The notes: generated by a model not told the origin, from the letters alone. Positions 25,586 through 37,404 are shown, numbered from the whole stretch's first letter. The stretch: 62,523 nt of DNA, filler included, from Chiloscyllium plagiosum (GCF_004010195.1; 5 parts of one record of this genome joined end to end with filler, not necessarily neighbours in it); one strand, 5' to 3'. A program made the numbers and translations.

Positions 25586-26690
25586 GGTCCCACTGTTCCA
25601 CTACACTCCCTACCTTGATTTGGTTTTCCAAAATGCAAGACCTCACACTTATGTATATTAAACTCTATGTGCCATTTCTCAGCCCACTTCCCTAGCTGAT
25701 CAGGATCCTGCAGTAATTTCTGATATCCTTCCTGACTGTCCACGATACCTCCTGTTTTAGTGTTATCTGCAAACTTACTAATCATGCCTTACACATTCTC
25801 ATCTAAATCATTGATATAAATAACAAACAGCGATGGACCCAGCACTGACCCCTGAGGCACTCCACTAATGTTTGACTTTAATCATGACTTTGCTTTTCTT
25901 ACTTTTAAATTACAGAAATACTATTTTTTGTGCCGACTACTTAATGTCTAAAAATCACAACTAAATACTATCAGTAACAATTTGGACAAATTGAGTGAGT
26001 GGCAGATTATTTTATGAATGGTGACAGAATGGGAAAGAGGAGGTACTATGAGACATGGGTATTCTTGAACACAGCTGAAAATGTGTTGCTGGAAAAGCGC
26101 AGCAGGTCAGGCAGCATCCACGGAGTAGGAGAATTGACGTTTCGGGCATGACCCCTTCTTCAGGAATGAGGAAAGTGTGCCATGAGACAGGCTGGGGGGA
26201 GGGGAAATGAGGAAACTGGAGAAATCTGAGTTCATCCCTTGTGGTTGGAGGGTTCCTTGAACACAGTCAGCAGGAGCAAGCATGTATATGCAGCAGGTGG
26301 TGAAAAAATCAAGTGGCATTTTAGCCTTCATAGCGAGAGGATTCAACAGGAATGGGGGTGTCTTGTTGCAATTGTTCAGGGACCTGAACGCTGGACAATT
26401 ATAATCTCATCTGAGGAATGATGTTCTGAGTATGAAGTGAGTGCACTAAAAATGTACCAGCCTAATTCCTGCAGTGGCTGGACTGACTTATGAAGGCAGA
26501 CCAGATCAATCAGAACAATATTCATTGGAGTTTAGAAGGAATCTCATGGAAACTTATAAAATTTTAAGAAGACCAGATAGAGTAAACACAGGAAGGAGGT
26601 TCCTGATGATCAGGGAGTCCAGAACTAGGGGTGACAATCGAACAATAAAAAGGTAGGTCATTCAGGATTGAGTTGAGGAGAAATTTATGA
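25586..26690. mobile_element. CR1 fragments in both orientations, interrupted by a family-B Penelope-like repeat (26074-26265)
   Basis: ISKFADNTKTGG..WHIEFNIHKCEVLHFG (minus) and LEFRRNLMETYKIL (plus). Confidence 0.75.
26132..26167 (-). ncRNA. Minimal type-I hammerhead ribozyme (family B)
   Basis: AUUC-CUGAAGA-A-GGGG-UCAU-GCCC-GAAA-CG-UC-AAUU. Confidence 0.7.
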
Positions 26691-26783
26691 GGAGAAAGTG
26701 AGGTCTGCAGATGCTGGAGATCAGAGATGGAAATGTGTTGCTGGAAAAGCGCAGCAGGTCAGGCAGCATCTAGGGAACAGGAG

Positions 26784-26819
26784 AATCGACGTTTCGGGCA
26801 TTAGCCCTTCTTCAGGAAT
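26784..26819 (-). ncRNA. Minimal type-I hammerhead ribozyme (family B) heading an ORF-less ~130-bp repeat (26688-26819)
   Basis: AUUC-CUGAAGA-A-GGGC-UAAU-GCCC-GAAA-CG-UC-GAUU. Confidence 0.8.
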
Positions 26820-26894
26820 CTGATATTCACCCAAAGAGTGGTAAGCCTATGAAATTCTTTGTCAAAGAAAGCAGTTGAGGCCAGAACACTAGAC

Positions 26895-27705
26895 AGAAAA
26901 CAGAGTCAACATTTTGCGTCCAAAGACCTTCTTCAGAACTGATAGGAGCTCTCAGTGGGTACATATGCTGAAAGTGGTATACTATATGCTGAAAGCAGGG
27001 ATGGGAGGGGGGTGGGGAATGATGTAATGATAGGCAAAGATGGAGCCCAGAGAGAAAGGACAGCGGTTGAATGATGATGAGCCAGGGGAAGAGAAAGGTG
27101 CTTATGGGGACCATTAGTGGATGAAATTGTGTTCACTGTGATGAGAGCAGTCCATGTGATGATGACAGATGCTGTATGGGGATGGGTTAAGAATGTAAAG
27201 AAGGTGCTTATGCCCTAAAATTATTCAAATCAATAATGAGTCCTGAAGGCTGCAGAAAATGAGACATTGTTCTCCAGGCTTGAGCTGAGTTTTGCTGGAG
27301 CACTGCAGCAGATCCAAGACAGAAATTTTGGCCAGAAAATGTGATGGTATGTTGGAAGTGGCAGACAACTGGAAACTTGAGGTCATTTTTGCAGATAGAA
27401 TATGGCGGGGGGGGGAGGTGTTTCGCAAAGTGGTCACTCAGTCTTTGTTTTATTTTCCCAATGTAGAGGAGATTGTTGTGAGCAGTGAGTACAATAGTCT
27501 AGACTCAGTGAAGTGCAGGTAAATCACTACTTCACTTGGAAAGTGTGTTTGAGGCCTTGCATAGTGAAATGGGAGGACGTAAACAGGTAAGTATTACACC
27601 TTTTACATTTCATGGGAAGATGCTACAGAGATGTAAGGAGATGTTGGGAGTGGAGGAGGAGTGGACCAGGGTGTCTCAGAGGAAGCAGCTCTATGGGAAG
27701 CCAGA
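26895..27705 (-). mobile_element. Old Penelope-like element fragment with a degenerate hammerhead (~26904-26940)
   Basis: Degenerate homology to 4013-4870; GUU-CUGAAGA-AGGUC..GAC remnant. Confidence 0.6.
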
Positions 27706-29155
27706 GAGGAAATTGCCAAGCTTTTGGCTTTGATCTTTACGTTGTCATTGTCTACAGGAATAGTGCCAGAAGACTAGATGATAGCAAATGCTGTTCCCTT
27801 GTTCAAGGAGGGGAATAGAGACAACCCTGGTAATTATAGACCAATGAGCCTTACTTTTGTTGTGGGTAAAGTGTTGGAAAGATTATTAAAAAAAGGATTT
27901 ATAATTATCTAGAGAGGAATAATTTGATGAGGGATAGTCAATGCGGTTTTGTGAAGGGTAGGTCGTGCCTCACAAACCTTTGAGAAGGTGACCAAACAGG
28001 TAGATGACAGTAAAACAGTTGATGTGCTGTTTATGGATTTCAGGAAGGCGTTTGATAAGGCTCCCCACGCTAGCTATTGCACCAAATGCGGAGGTATGGG
28101 ATTGAGGGTGATTTAGCCGTTTGGATCAGAAATTGGCTAGCTGTAAGAAGGCAAAGGGTGGTGGTTGATGGGAAATGTTCATCCTGGAGTTTAATTACTA
28201 GTGGTGTATCGCAAGGATCTGTTTTGGGTCCACTATGGTTTATAATATGGTTCCCCAATGGTTTTTATAAATGACCAGGATGAGAGCCTAGGAGGATGGG
28301 TTAGTAAATTTGCAGACGACACGAAGGTTGGTGGAGTTGTGGATAGTGCCGAAGGATGTTGTTGTTTACAGAGAGACATAGATAAGCTGCAGAGCTGGGC
28401 TGAGAGGCGGCAAATAAGAGGAGTTTAATGCAGATAAAGGCGAGGTGATTCACTTTGGAACGAGTAACAGGAATGCAGAGTACTAGGCTATTGGTAAGAC
28501 TCTTGGTAGTGTTGATGAGCACCGGGATCTCGGTGTCCATGTATATAGATTCCTGAAAGTTGCCAACCAGGTAGATAGGGTTGTTAAGAAGGCATACAGT
28601 GTGTTGGTTTTTATTAGTAGAGGGATTGAGTTTCGGAACCATTAGGTCATGCTGCAGCTGTATAGAACTCTGCACTTGGAATATTGCATACAGTTCTGAT
28701 CACTGTGTTATAGGAAAGATGTGAAAGCTTTGGAGAAGGTTCAGAGGATGTTGCCTGGTATGGAGGGCAGGTCTTACGAGGTAAGGCTGAGGGACTGGAG
28801 GCTTGAGAGGTGACTTCATTGAGACATATAAAATAATCAGAGGGTTAGATAGGGTGGACAGTAAGAGTCTTTTTCCTTGGATGGTGATGACTAGAGGGGA
28901 TATAACTTTAAATTGAAGGGTGATAGATATGGGACAGATGTCAGAGGTAATTTCTTTACTTAGAGAGCAGGAAGGGTGTGGAACGCAGTGCCTGCACCGT
29001 AGTAGATTCACCAACTTCAAGGGTATTTAAATGGTCAGTGGATAGATATATGGCCAAAAATGGAATAGCATAGGTTTGATGGCCTTCAGATTGGTTTCAC
29101 AAGTAGGCGCAACATCGAGGGTCGAAGGGCCTGTGCTGTAATGTTCTATGTTCTA
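27706..29155 (+). mobile_element. CR1/HER1 LINE RT to 3' end, decayed
   Basis: GIEGDLAVWIRNWL..RRQRVVVDG..SGVSQGSVLGP, the KFADDTK region and a TTCTATGTTCTA tail. Confidence 0.92.
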
Positions 29156-30249
29156 AGGCTGACAAGGGAAGGGAGGAGAATATATGCCTGGAGATAGCAG
29201 AAACGATGGCTTAAGATCCTCTGGATGCAACTGTTGAGGGATGGAAAGTGAGCACTAAGGGGGCCATATTGGTGTTGTGGGTGGTTGGGGGTGGAATGGG
29301 AAGGGACAAGTGCAGAAGTATGGGAAATGGATCTAACAGAACTGCGGGCCCAGTCAAGAACTGTAATGGACAATCCTGTGTTGAGGAAAGTAGTATACCC
29401 AAACACACCTTCCAAATGAAGCTGCGATTTACCTGCATTTCACTCAATCTCGCCTAAGTTGAGTCGCTTTTCTCGTGATTTTGTTACGATGCGGAACTCA
29501 CAATGATGGGTGTTGGGGCAGAGCAAAAAAGTTTCTGTTTCAGCAGGGGTGAAAATGATTATTGCGCCACCTAAAGAACTTTTCCCTTATTGCAACTCAG
29601 CCATCAAATCCAGCATTACTGGTGACAACATTACTAAGCACCAGGAAAATAAAGCTATTACACCAATGACCTATTTAGCCAGCCATATACAATTCTGGCT
29701 TGCTGTCGGGTCAACAGTAACAGTGACATAGATTTTAAACACTACAATGTAGTTATTGTTATTTTAGAAGTAAAACAAGTATCACAAAGACAGCTTAGCC
29801 AAAAAAAATTTTTGAACATGGCAGGGGGAGGGATGGCAAAAAAATCTTTTGCAAAGCAATGAAGTGCGAACTTAATGGAACTAATTGGCAGAGAAATTAT
29901 TTTTAAATAAAGGTGACATTAATAAATGAAATTAACAATACGTTTTAAAACAATTTAAAGCTTTATCTTCAGTCATCAACTAGTTATTAAAATCACCAGA
30001 TTCAGAAAAAAAATACAATCCATGTACTTACCACTATGGGAGTTGTCATGTACTAAGGGCTGGGACCATTAAATGGTTGGATAAGGGAGGGATGATTCTT
30101 AAGCTAAAACTACTATCCCACTTGAAAGATCGCCTTAAAGCTCCGGCAGCCAGTCTCACCACCCCATGTTATTCAATATGTTCATAATATTGAACTGGTT
30201 TATGACTGTACTGATGAAATGTTCTGGAAAGGTGTGCCAATCCTGAATC

Positions 30250-32130
30250 GATTGCTTCATAATAATGTACCTCTGTGCGTATGTTGCGTTTTCTCTTCCT
30301 TTCAGTGGATTGCGACAGTAAGAATCAGGATACGTGACAAAAGCAGCATCCGTACTGATCCTGCGGCTGATTCATCCTCATTCAGCTCTTGGTCTTGCTC
30401 TTCACTCCGATCCCCCCCGAACAAAGGAATGCAACCGCTGCCCTTCACGTGCTCCCAACACCAACGCCTACAACATACTCCTTTCTACTGGAGGAAAAAG
30501 CCGCGCCATCTGGCTAAGAAAAACTTTAAAAAGACAAAGCTTTCTTCGCCGTATTTTTAGGATGCCGCGCCAGAGGCTATGTATAGGTTCCCTTACATTC
30601 CGGTGGACAATTATAATCGAAATGCTTATTCTTTAGAATTACCATTACGTAGGTTCCTGGACATGGATATTTAAAATATCCTAGATAATTCCTCAAAGCA
30701 TATCTGCTTTGTGATAATCTTACAGTTAAGATTGCACAATCCCTGTTATTCGTGCCTTGCGAATTCCACCTTTTCCTCCTCCCGATTACGTTATGCAACA
30801 TTTCCAAATAGGCGTGCTCTGCTTCAAAAGGACAGGACAGTCAGTTGCCACAATGAATGATACATTTGAGTGGATCGATTAACCGATGTGAGTAACGCGA
30901 GGTTTGTGGAAATAGTTGGATTTTATTTTTCTAAATGGATTGAATTATATGTAGTGATGATCGTTTCCAAACCAATATGATAAATATTTGTTTATCTTTT
31001 TTTAAAAGAACAAGCAGCACTGCCCTCGTGTCCTAATTTCCTAATGCCAGAATTACAAAAGCGCCCTTTCAGCCTCTTTATGTTGCCAGTGTTTTATAAT
31101 GGCTATATTATGCAATGTTTACAAGAACAAGCCCTACAGTGCAAGGCACAGGATGTGCTCTGCAGGCGAACAAGCTATTAATAATAACGCATTAATACCA
31201 TAAAAATATACAGTAGAATGGAGAATTTGCCACATAAAGCGATAGTTATCCCATTACATATATTGCTCAGAACCAACCTGTATCAGTATCACATACACAT
31301 TCATGAAACCTGTCACAGATATCCTAATTCCACGTTATAAAATTGCAACGTCTATCCCGTTCTTTTGTTTATTTTGCAGGGTTCCTTTCCTCTCTTTAGT
31401 TTTGCATCAATTCACAGACATTATAAAAGGCTAGCAGCGTTTCTGCGGTTACATAATAGCACGGTCAGTACCTCTTCAGTGGATAGATATTATAAATATA
31501 AAAGAATTTATATATAGAAGCTGTTCGTTACAGGGAGACGCAAAACACTGTCGCTCTGGAGTTTTGCGTCTTTAGTTGGAGATTAAATCCATTTTATTAC
31601 ATGCACCACCCCAGAAAACAACAAATCAAAGTAGCATTTACCTCGCCAAACAGCATAACTGCAACCGCTGAGAACCAAAGCCGAGGTCGTCTCGCGCGTT
31701 GGAAATACACCGATATTTTACTTATCATGCCTCTTTCCTCTCTTTCTTACTTCCCATTGAAACCGTGCTTCTCACAAAGCCGTCTGCCTGATGCTGATGG
31801 TGCCCGAGATCTGTGTTAGTAGGTCAGCCGCCGAACAACCTACCCTGAGTGAAAAAAAGCTGTCTGTCTGATTGGCAGTGCGCTTGACCGCACAGCGAAG
31901 CGGAGCCGTCAGCGAGTCGCAGGGGATCGGCCAATGCGGCCTGAACCGGGGCACAAAGGGGGCGGGTGCTAAGATTGTACTGGGTTAGGTTGGAAAGTGG
32001 CACAATATAACTCGCTGTTGCATAACTGGAGAGAAATAGAGTTACGGACGCAGACGGAAGGAGGTGCTGATCTCACGAAACTGCTATTTAGGTAACATCC
32101 AGCAGGGTCACTGCCAGCTTGCGCTTAAGG
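30250..32130 (-). promoter_or_regulatory. NFIL3: CpG-enriched promoter and proximal intron 1, most likely of NFIL3 (E4BP4)
   Basis: The only repeat-free CpG-rich block. It has a GC box (31958-31967), CCAAT boxes (31871-31875 minus as GCCAATCAG; 31931-31935 plus), RORE-like TTAGTAGGTCA (31816-31826), four RTTATGYAAY sites and CACGTG (30446-30451). Minus-strand CTGACCTACTAACACAGATCTC matches my recollection of the human NFIL3 mRNA 5' end (needs BLAST). NFIL3 neighbours ROR2 in human. Confidence 0.72.
31642..31845 (-). other. NFIL3: Putative non-coding first exon of NFIL3; the coding exon is not in the window
   Basis: Begins near the conserved CTGACCTACTAACAC element. Candidate donors are GAG|GTAAAT (intron starts 31641) and GAA|GTAAGA (intron starts 31750). 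The TSS is approximate. Confidence 0.6.
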
Positions 32131-32456
32131 TGTCCTAAAACAATGAAATGAAGTTACTAAAGACAGAAATGGCGGACTTCAAGTTGTGTGGTGCCATGAA
32201 CTTGTTTTTTTTCCAAGCACATTTTAAACTAATTAAATATCAACCAGTTAAGAATGTGTTAATTACCATGGTTACTGATTGACTTTGATCAATGTAACAA
32301 ATGACACCCGACATGGTTGCAACAAAGGTAAACTTTTTCTTCTCATCCTTCATCAGGAATCCATACTCTGAATCATTGAATCCCTCCAGTATGGCAGCAG
32401 GCCATTCGGCCCATCAAGTGCACACTGAACCTCTGGACAGCCTCCTACCCAGGCCC

Positions 32457-32570
32457 ATAGTCCAATAGTTTATTCGGAAGCGCCAGCTTTCAGAGCAGCA
32501 CTCTGAAAGCTAGTGCATCCAAATAAATCTGTTGGACTATAACCTGGTGTTGTGTGATTTTTAACTTTAA
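32457..32570. mobile_element. Fold-back fragment of the family-A Penelope-like repeat, centred on hammerhead stem II
   Basis: Arms 32457-32495 / 32501-32540 around the CAGCA loop. Confidence 0.75.
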
Positions 32571-33079
32571 ACCTCTGTGACATACATACATTTGTCACCT
32601 ATCCTCCCTCAACAGCATCACTAATCCACACTTGTGTCAGCTCATCTGCAGTTGAAACCTTCAATTGTGCCTTCGGTACCTCTGAACTTGACTACTCCAA
32701 TGCACTCCTGATGGTCTTCTACATTAAACTGTTTCTGAACCAGAAGCCCCATTTATATTGTGTTAATATGAATGTCATGTTAATAAGTGGTACCACATCT
32801 TGTTCACCTATCATCCCTATACTCACTAACTTGCATTGTTGCTTGATAGTAATTATTTTAATATTAAAATTCTCGTCCTTGTTTTCAAATCCTACTCATA
32901 GCCTCCCTCCATGTAGTTTAAAACGATGGTTTATTCAGACAGTTGCACACAACTTAGTTGCCTAAAGTATATGAACTATTTCAATTCTCTGAACAATACC
33001 CTATGCCAAATATTTTATACAAAAACTCTTAAGATTTTTTCAAGGATTTATCTTTTATTTATTTTCTTTTATCTTATCA

Positions 33080-33356
33080 CGGCGGCACTGCGGCCTCACA
33101 GCACCAGGGTCCCAGGTTCGATTCCAGCCTAGGACGAGTGTCTGTGTGGAGTTTACACATTCTCTCCGTGTTTGCGCGGGTTTCCTTCGGCTGCTCCACA
33201 ATCTGAAGATGTGCAGGTCAGGTGAATTGGCCATGCTAAATTGTCCATAGTGTTCGATGCATTAGTCAGAGGGAGATGGGTCTGGGTGGGTTACTCTTTG
33301 GAGGGCCGGTGTGGACTGATTGGGCCGAAGGGCTTGTTTCCACACTGTAGGGAATA
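33080..33356 (+). mobile_element. HE1-like V-SINE
   Basis: V-domain TGTCTGTGTGGAGTTT.CACATTCTC.CCGTG. Confidence 0.88.
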
Positions 33357-33875
33357 TAACCTTATCCCACATATTCATTCTCATCAACTCATCTAAGTAA
33401 TATAATCATGTAGTGACAATATCATTGTGTTCAGTCATGATAATTGGACTTACGTAGAAGCACATTCAGAAGAGTTGATCAATATCTCGAATTATCAATC
33501 TTTCATTAAACATAAAACTACATCATTCATGGAAAGCAGAAATTTATCAGACACCATGGAATTTATATTGGCACAACACAGGACACCATAAAATTTAAAT
33601 TGGCACAAGGCAATAGACATAAGTGAACAATGCATGCTTTGTTTATTAAACAACTGATATCCACTTCAACACAAAAAAACACCCTAAGCATATCTTCTGT
33701 ACAGCAAATTCATTTTTATTCTATATGCACAAAATTGAAACATTTCAACCAGGCTATTAGTACATTTTTACTGCATCTCAGGTTGAAATTTAACAATTGA
33801 CATTGATTATTATAATAGCACCCACTATATTGTCCCCATTTGGTTGCCATTGAACACATGCAATCATAATCTAGG

Positions 33876-34448
33876 TCAAAAATCACACAACACCAGGTTA
33901 TAGTCCAACAGGTTTAATTGGAAGCACACTAGCTTTCGGAGCGACGCTCCTTCATCAAGTGATTGTGGAGGGCTCGATAGTAACACAGAATTTATAGCAA
34001 AAATTTGCAGTGTGATGTAACTGAAATTATACATTGAAGAATTGATTTTCTGTTAAGCCTTTCATCTGTTAGAATACAGTGATAGTTTCACTTCTTTCAT
34101 GTGTAAATCACAAAACCCTTTTTTTAAAGTTGCATTCTCGGGTTAGCTGTTAACAATGGTGATAGCTAGGCAATATGTTGAAGGTGTTAGCCCCCTGTGT
34201 TCTCTGTCTATGACCTAATGTTTAGGTTGCTTCCAATGTAAAAAGTGAGATAACAGAGTTTTACATAAACTCATGCAGTTTTTGAGCAAAGTGCAATGTA
34301 ACTCTGCAAGTACAAATTCACCACACAAAATATATGTGTGCATGTGGGTCTTTGTCTGTCTGTGTGTGTGTCTGTCTAGGGTGGGGGTTGTGAGTGTGAG
34401 AAAGTGTGTGTGTGTGTAGTGAGTGCAGAGTGTCTTAAGTCTGTGAGG
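33876..34448 (-). mobile_element. Penelope-like element end (family A), with a hammerhead at 33927-33961 carrying a C3-to-U change
   Basis: Minus strand CAC-UUGAUGA-A-GGAGCGUCGCUCC-GAAAGCUA-GUG; runs into (GT)-rich sequence at the contig edge. Confidence 0.8.
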
Positions 34449-34548
34449 NNNNNNNNNNNNNNNNNNNNNNNNNNNNNNNNNNNNNNNNNNNNTTAATTAA
34501 TTAANNNNNNNNNNNNNNNNNNNNNNNNNNNNNNNNNNNNNNNNNNNN
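34449..34548. other. Artificial contig linker
   Basis: 44N-TTAATTAATTAA-44N. Confidence 0.98.
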
Positions 34549-34830
34549 CTTTTTGCTCCCCCCTCTTGAATGGCCTTCTGCACCATGGTGCCGTGGTCAG
34601 CTGGCTCATCCTGTCCAGAGCCCTTTTCCTCATCAGTACAAGGAGCAGGAATCTCATACCTGTTGGACAAGGTCAAGGGCTGAGGCTCCTGCATTCCTGA
34701 ACTCAGGTTCCCCCTACCTGCCTCACTTACAGTCACACTCTGACGTCCCTGATCACTAACTGGATGTGAATTACTTAATCTCCCAGATGTGACTGCCTCC
34801 TGAAACAAAGTGTCCAGGTAACTCTCCCCC
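34549..34830 (-). mobile_element. CR1 ORF1 fragment
   Basis: EPQPLTLSNRYE matches the CR1 ORF1 linker motif (L.NRY/F). Confidence 0.7.
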
Positions 34831-35039
34831 TGGCCATGCTAAATTATCCAGGGATGTGCAGGCTAGGTAGATTAGTAATGGGTTACAGAGATTGGGTTGG
34901 GGAATGGGTCTGGATGGGATGCTTTTCAGAGGGTTGGTGTGGATTTGACGGGCTGAATGGCCTGTATTCACACTGTAGGGAATTCTATGAGTGGTAGTAT
35001 TTGCAAGAAAGAAGCAAAGCATTGATCCATAGTTTTTTC

Positions 35040-35410
35040 TTTTATCTTTCTTCTTTCATGGGATGTAGGCATCGCTGGTCAGGCCAGTCAGCTTTGCCCA
35101 TTCCTAAAGCCCTTGAGCTGAGTGGCCCGCTATGGTCACACCAGAGGGTAGTTAAGAGTCATCCACTTTGCTGCAGGTTTGAAGTCACATGTATCAGGTA
35201 AAGATTGCAGAATAGCATTAGTGACCCAGTTGGACTGTTTACTACAATTGATGATAGTTTTATGGTAAAATAGATTAGTTTTAAATTCCAGATTTATTAA
35301 GTGAATTCGAAGACTGCTGCTGTGGTGGGATTTGAATCCATGTGAACAAAACATCCATCTGGACTTTGGATTACTGATCTAGTGACATTGCCATTACACT
35401 ACCATCTCTC
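35040..35410 (-). mobile_element. tRNA-derived SINE (DeuSINE-like)
   Basis: Reverse-complement homology to 25232-25585. Confidence 0.6.
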
Positions 35411-37089
35411 ACAGTGTTAATACCAGGATGAAGTACAGCTCTGTTTGAAAGCAAATATATATTTGCTTTCAGATATGTGAAAGATATATGATATAGACTG
35501 GCTGTTGAGGGGAAATGGAGGACAAAGTTTATGATCTAAAACTGAACTGTACAGAAGCCTGTAAAGTGCCGAATCAGAAGCTGTTGCTCCAACTTACATT
35601 GAGTTTCAATGGAACACTGCAACAGATTGAGGAAACAAATGTGAGTGTGACAGCAAGGTGGTGAATCAAAATAACAAAACAATTAAAAGGTTGCTGTCAT
35701 GCTCGAGTCCTGACTATAGGTATTTCACAAAGCATCAAGTCAATGTGTGTTTAGTCTCACCAATATAGAGGAAAGCAACAAATGCAGTATACTACAGTGG
35801 AAAAAGTAAATTATTGCTTTACCTGGGGAAACTTTTCAGGACCTTGGTCAATGAGAAGAGAAGTGAAAGGCAGGTGTTAGATGTTGCGACAGGAAAAGAT
35901 GTTGGGTGATTGAGTAGGCCAGGGTATCCCAGAAGAAACAGTCCCTTTAGAATGCTGACAGGAGAGGAGGAAACATGTTTAATAGTGGCATTGTGGTGGA
36001 AATGGCAAGGGATGATCTTTTTAAATGTGGAGGCTACTGAAGTGAAAAAGGGGATCCATATCACAGGTTGGTATAGGCATCACTTGTAATAATTTGAAAG
36101 TTGAAGATTTAGGTGATGTAAATGAGGTGCATAGTAAAGTAGATAATGGAGTAGATGAAGAGAAATTATTTCTCTTGGTGGGGAAATCCAGAACACAGGT
36201 GCACACCTGAAAACATTAGCACAATTTTTCCAAGAGGGAAGTGTGGATTAATGTTTTCACATAATGGATAGTGGAAATCAAGAACACTCTACTCCAAAAG
36301 CTCCACACTCTAGTTTTATTGAGTCTAGTTTTATTGAAAATATATAAAATAAACAATAGATTTTTTTAAAGGTGTGATGTTATGGTATCAAGGCTATTAG
36401 ATGGAATTAAACTGCAGATCTGCTATTGTCTAACTGAGTGAAGGAACGGGCTCAATTGATTGAATGGACTACAGCTGTTTCCATTTTCCTATAGCAGCAA
36501 CTTGCAGTCAAATGTATGTATCACATTTTAAATAAAATATAACAGTCTTTTGACATGGAGCCAAAATATCTGAAAATCAAAATGACTTTATCAACTATAT
36601 TCATGAAAGATCTGTCTTTTGAGGCAACATTTGAGATGACACAATTGGTCTCTGAATTAACTAATCTAACTATTGCTATTTAATTATTTAATATCAATTA
36701 AAAGTTATGTACTTTGAGAAACACAAATGCATCCTGATTAAGCAGGTCAAAGCACTGTTATTAGATGGTATAACGTTACTGTTCTAAGACTGTTGATATT
36801 GTCGAAACATAAATGGACTTGGTGTGGATGTGTGGGGGAGTAAGGGGTGGTGATTGAGTGTGGAGCTGTCAGGAACATTTGCTGCTTTGCAAGCCTAGAA
36901 AGCTCTGCTTCCTGACATTTGAAAGTGCTGCCTACCATATTTAATTAGTAATTTGAAGTAGCTCAGAGCTAGTGTTCCAATGCTCTGAACATTTAGTTAT
37001 CTGAAGGATGATATTTTAAATGAGAGTGCAAGAGGAGACTGATGACTGATGGGATTAGTTAAAACGAACCAGATCTTTTTCATACTTAC

Positions 37090-37404
37090 ATCTGTTAATC
37101 CTATCCACAGGAATTCCAATTCTCATGCAGCTTGCAGCCTCTGGGCTTTCCGGCAGTGGCAGATCCTCACAGTTTGGCAACTGAAGCTGCATAAGAATGA
37201 GTGGGTTTGATCTTGCAATAATGTATTCTGTTCTACACAGATCATTTTCCAAAACTTCGCATTCATCTCGGCATAATTCCCGTGGTTTGGGATGACGGGA
37301 ACTGTCATCGCAGAGGGGGAACACGAAGTGACAAAAAGATGGAATGGCAAATTGTGAGCACTGATCTGAGAGATGGGTGGAAGTACCAATCATAGTAAAT
37401 GCAG
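37090..37404 (-). CDS. ROR2: ROR2 internal coding exon (C-terminal frizzled/CRD domain; equivalent to human exon 6), 315 bp, phase 1-1
   Basis: Translates to [105 protein letters not shown]. Acceptor TTTCATTTCAG, donor [14 protein letters not shown] and CHFVFPLC are ROR2-type rather than ROR1-type residues. Confidence 0.96.

Noticed and set aside
30219..30636. Plus-strand ORFs (113 and 100 aa) after a pyrimidine-rich AG at 30305
   Set aside because: No recognisable domain; expected by chance in a GC-richer regulatory block.
31642..37404. NFIL3 nested in a ROR2 intron, or ROR2 truncated after the CRD exon
   Set aside because: An artificial linker (34449-34548) separates them and the contigs appear size-sorted, so the adjacency is unsupported.
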